In this document: positions 61,227-64,000 of the stretch, piece after piece
Position numbering within the stretch: position 1 is the first letter of the stretch
Layout: each line of letters opens with the position of its first letter
NCBI GenBank assembly: GCA_963749495.1
Contig: CAVVMW010000001.1
Span: 480,001 to 544,000, forward strand
Length of the DNA: 64,000 nucleotides
DNA from: an uncultured bacterium
Lineage (GTDB): Bacteria; Verrucomicrobiota; Verrucomicrobiia; Limisphaerales; UBA8199
Direction: 5' to 3'
Position numbers and translations under genes: made by a program
The notes under the pieces: model-generated
Database searches by the model: none
What the model was told of the DNA's origin: nothing
Seen by the model: only the letters and a program-made list of their open reading frames with translations

Positions 61227-62120
61227 ATGATCGCCTTCGGCTACTATGGGGGGAAGTTCTCGCATCTGGACTTCATTTTGCCGTTGCTGCCCACGCACTT
61301 GGCCCACTACTGCGAGCCTTTTGGCGGTTCCGCCGCAATCCTGATCAACCGGCCGCCAGCCGCGGTTGAAACCTACAACGACCTGGATTCGGAAGTGGTG
61401 AATTTCTTCGAGTGCCTGCGCGACGAAGGTAAAGAAGTGCTGCGGTTGATCAGCTTGACCCCCTTTTCCCGCGCTGAACTGCTCAAAGCCCTGTCCCCCA
61501 CTAACGGAGTCTCCAAGCTCGAACGCGCGCGCCGCTTCTTCGTACGTGCCCGGCAGACGCGCACCGGGCTGGCGCAGACCAGTTCCGAAGGTCGTTGGGC
61601 GCACTGTGTGCTGACCTCTCGGGCTGAAATGGCCGGCGCCGTGTCTCGATGGCTCGGCAGCGTGGAGGGGCTGCCGGAGATCGTCCAGAGACTGCAGCGT
61701 GTCCAGATCGAAAACGCCCCCGCAAGCGAAGTCATTCTGCGCTACGACTCGCCTGAAACCCTGTTCTATTGCGACCCGCCCTATCCGCACGAAGCCAGAG
61801 GCGACGCCAAGGCCTACGGATACGAAATGACCGATCGCCAACACGAGGAATTGGCCAAGGTGCTGCACGCCGTCAAAGGAGCGGCAGCCCTGTCCGGCTA
61901 CCGCTGTTCACTTATGGAGCGGCTTTATGGCGATTGGCGCCGGGTTGATGCTGACAGCCGTCTCTGCAATTCCTCCAAAGGCGAGCGCACCGAGTCGCTC
62001 TGGACGAACTACGACCTCTGCAAGCTTCCGACGCCGGGCCGCGTGGATCAGGCTGGCAACCGCTACCTCCTGGACCGCCCGACCCCAAGGCGCACCGCAC
62101 CGCATGCCAGCAAAAAGTAG
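61227..62120 (+). CDS. Dam-like (D12 class) N6-adenine DNA methyltransferase; start may be slightly upstream
   Basis: YYGGK, YCEPFGGS, YNDLD, VQIEN, FYCDPPY, LSGY, ESLWTNY. Confidence 0.9.
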   Translation: MIAFGYYGGKFSHLDFILPLLPTHLAHYCEPFGGSAAILINRPPAAVETYNDLDSEVVNFFECLRDEGKEVLRLISLTPFSRAELLKALSPTNGVSKLERARRFFVRARQTRTGLAQTSSEGRWAHCVLTSRAEMAGAVSRWLGSVEGLPEIVQRLQRVQIENAPASEVILRYDSPETLFYCDPPYPHEARGDAKAYGYEMTDRQHEELAKVLHAVKGAAALSGYRCSLMERLYGDWRRVDADSRLCNSSKGERTESLWTNYDLCKLPTPGRVDQAGNRYLLDRPTPRRTAPHASKK

Positions 62121-63231
62121 CCGCAAGGCCACCCTCGATTTCAAAGAGGCGGCGCGCCTGCTCCAGACACTTTGGGAAGAGATCTCGGCCCAAGGAGCCG
62201 CAAATCCCGATCTGGCCTATTTGTCCGACGAGAACTTACGCGCGAACATACGGAAATCCATCCACCATAAGTGGGTCTCTTATCGTTTCTGTCTTCCAAT
62301 CCAGTTGTTGGGCAAAGTGATGAAACCCGCCCTCGATTGCCTGAGGCTGCAGAAACGCAAAGGTGATGCGCAGGACCTCAGCGGTTGGGATGCGCGCAGC
62401 CTGGGCAGCAATGTTGTGGCGCCGTTTAATCAGAGTCAAGAGAACATCCTCGGCACATCACTCGATCCTTACGTCGGAAACCCGATGCGGATTCCCAAGA
62501 TGCTTCGTGATGACCCGACCAAGAAGGACGTCGCTGGTTGGAACGCGCTGGTCGGCGTTCTTGAACAGGTCGAATCGCGCAACGATCCGGCGTTTACCGA
62601 CTCGGTATTTCGCCAAGTGCTTTTGGAGATGCTGAGGAGGCAGCAGGCCTTGCGTTTCAGTTATCCCGTCCCGCCCCGCGTGAGCCTGCAGCAAACTCTG
62701 GCCATGTCTTCGGCTTTCCTGGAGGAGAAATCGGGCGGCGATCGGATGTTGGCCCTGGCTGGCGCGCTTTTCGACACCATCGGAGCCCACTTCGGCCTTT
62801 TCGCGCAGGTCAACCGTGCCCGTATTAACGCGACGGATGAGGCCACGGGCCAAGCGGCGGATCTTGAATGTCTCAGCCCGGAAGGCAAGCTCGTCATGGC
62901 GGTCGAGGTCAAAGATCGCGTGCTGACACTCGCCGATGTGGAGGGTACGCTACAAAAGTCCAGGCACAGGCAAATCACCGAGATCCTGTTTACGGCGCCC
63001 GGCATCCGGGAAGCGGAAGAGTCATCGGTGGAGGAACGAGTTTCCAGGGCCTTTACTTCCGGCCAGAACCTCTACGTGTTCGATTTCCTTGAACTAGCCC
63101 GTAGCGTACTGGCGATCGGAGGTGAGGCCATCCGAAAGACCTACCTCAGAAAGGTCGGCGAACATCTCGACACCTGGAACACTCAACCAGCCCACCGGCA
63201 AGCGTGGCAGAAACTGCTCCTGAAGCTGTAG
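62104..63231 (+). CDS. Type II restriction endonuclease, SacI-family-like
   Basis: WDARSL...VV, S.DPYV.NP, NATD....AADL, AVEVKDR PD-(D/E)xK motif; overlaps the methylase gene. Confidence 0.7.
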   Translation: MPAKSSRKATLDFKEAARLLQTLWEEISAQGAANPDLAYLSDENLRANIRKSIHHKWVSYRFCLPIQLLGKVMKPALDCLRLQKRKGDAQDLSGWDARSLGSNVVAPFNQSQENILGTSLDPYVGNPMRIPKMLRDDPTKKDVAGWNALVGVLEQVESRNDPAFTDSVFRQVLLEMLRRQQALRFSYPVPPRVSLQQTLAMSSAFLEEKSGGDRMLALAGALFDTIGAHFGLFAQVNRARINATDEATGQAADLECLSPEGKLVMAVEVKDRVLTLADVEGTLQKSRHRQITEILFTAPGIREAEESSVEERVSRAFTSGQNLYVFDFLELARSVLAIGGEAIRKTYLRKVGEHLDTWNTQPAHRQAWQKLLLKL

Positions 63232-63536
63232 CTTGGCTCATCTGCTCATGACATCACGAACAGACCTGCTTTCGGGCAACGAGGCGATAGCGCGCGGGAA
63301 GGTTTTCACGCTGAAGACGCTAAATCGCCTCGTTGCCTGCTCCACCTTGAGAGAATTCGAGACCAAGGCACCTGCCAAGAACGACATGCTGCGCGCTGGA
63401 AGAAGCCCGGCCGGTTGAACCTGGAAACGCTGGTTAAGGAAGTTGGCCAGAGCCCATGGGCCTGATTCTGTTCGGGGTATGCCGCCTCAAATAGCTCCCA
63501 TCAGGGCTCACCCTTGGGGTGAGCGCGCCGGTGCAC

Positions 63537-63910
63537 CAGGGCCGAAGGCCCGCAATGTGAGAGCCTGGGCTGGAGCGAGTCCGAGGAGCGGAGGCCCAGG
63601 TCAACCACCGTCGCGAACGTCCCCAGCCCTGCAAGAATTCCCGGAACGAATTCGCGCTTTGCGCCCCTGAACCTCGACACTGCGTCCCCGTCCCGCGTAG
63701 CGTTTTGGACTGCGGCAGTCCTCTGCCGCTTTTGTGTCCCCTCGCTGCCGGCGCGAAAGCGGCAGAGGACTGCCGCAGTCCAAAACCTTCGGACTTGGTG
63801 TCGGTTCATGGGGAGCCTCCTTTCGCTTTTGCGCATGCATTGGGACCATGAACCCAAAACGCGTAAGTGGTTGGAAATCAACGGATGCGTTTTTCGGTTC
63901 ATGGAGAGGG
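63537..63910. repeat. Mosaic of REP fragments (27766-type half, family B at 63702-63786, GGTTCATGG/CCATGAACC units)
   Basis: Matches to repeats elsewhere in the window. Confidence 0.75.
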
Positions 63911-63921
63911 CGTCACCCCTC

Positions 63922-64000
63922 ATGTCCCGATCTCTGGCCAACATCGTTGTTCACCTCGTCTTCAGCACCAAAAGCCCTCTTCCGCCCCTGCAGGGGAATG
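63922..64000 (+). CDS. tnpA: 5' end of a second IS200/REP-type tyrosine transposase (runs off window, possibly degenerate)
   Basis: MSRSLANIVVHLVFSTK parallels MSQSLAKILIHTVFSTK at 47491. Confidence 0.65.
   Translation, partial: MSRSLANIVVHLVFSTKSPLPPLQGN

Noticed and set aside
60387..62120. Single 577-aa double methyltransferase
   Set aside because: The first part lacks its SAM-binding half and has DPLY; the linker looks non-coding. Better read as a remnant running into an intact Dam-like gene.

Overview
GC-rich bacterial chromosome segment. Gene content (H-X9-DG prepilin-type proteins, many palindromic repeat families, 7-mer microsatellites) suggests Verrucomicrobiota subdivision 3; this is an inference, not a search result. 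Contents in order: cell-surface/esterase genes; a 5.6-kb accessory island (3700-9314) bounded by ~50-bp direct repeats and holding a probable integron GNAT cassette, two copies of a mini REP-transposase element with stuttered ends, a duplicated RelE/ParE toxin-antitoxin pair and an IS66-type element with an 8-bp target duplication; trpC; prfB with its programmed +1 frameshift; amrS/amrB; two further toxin-antitoxin-like pairs; a TolB/TPR lipoprotein; an RND efflux operon; a fused Type IIG restriction-modification gene; a PHP histidinol phosphatase; a putative sigma54 promoter, an LTxxQ periplasmic protein and a type II secretion-like cluster (gspEFGHIJKLM, C-like, D) whose secretin is split into two separately exported proteins, followed by an orphan histidine kinase; an intact REP-associated/IS200-type tyrosine transposase inside long inverted repeats; tolC; sugar transport and catabolism genes; and a Dam-like methylase plus SacI-family nuclease next to a degraded methylase. 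Top observations are the split secretin, palindromic repeats lying in-frame in cleavable leader peptides, and the end-stuttering mini element. About eight single-base frameshifts look like assembly errors. No tRNA, rRNA or true CRISPR array was seen.
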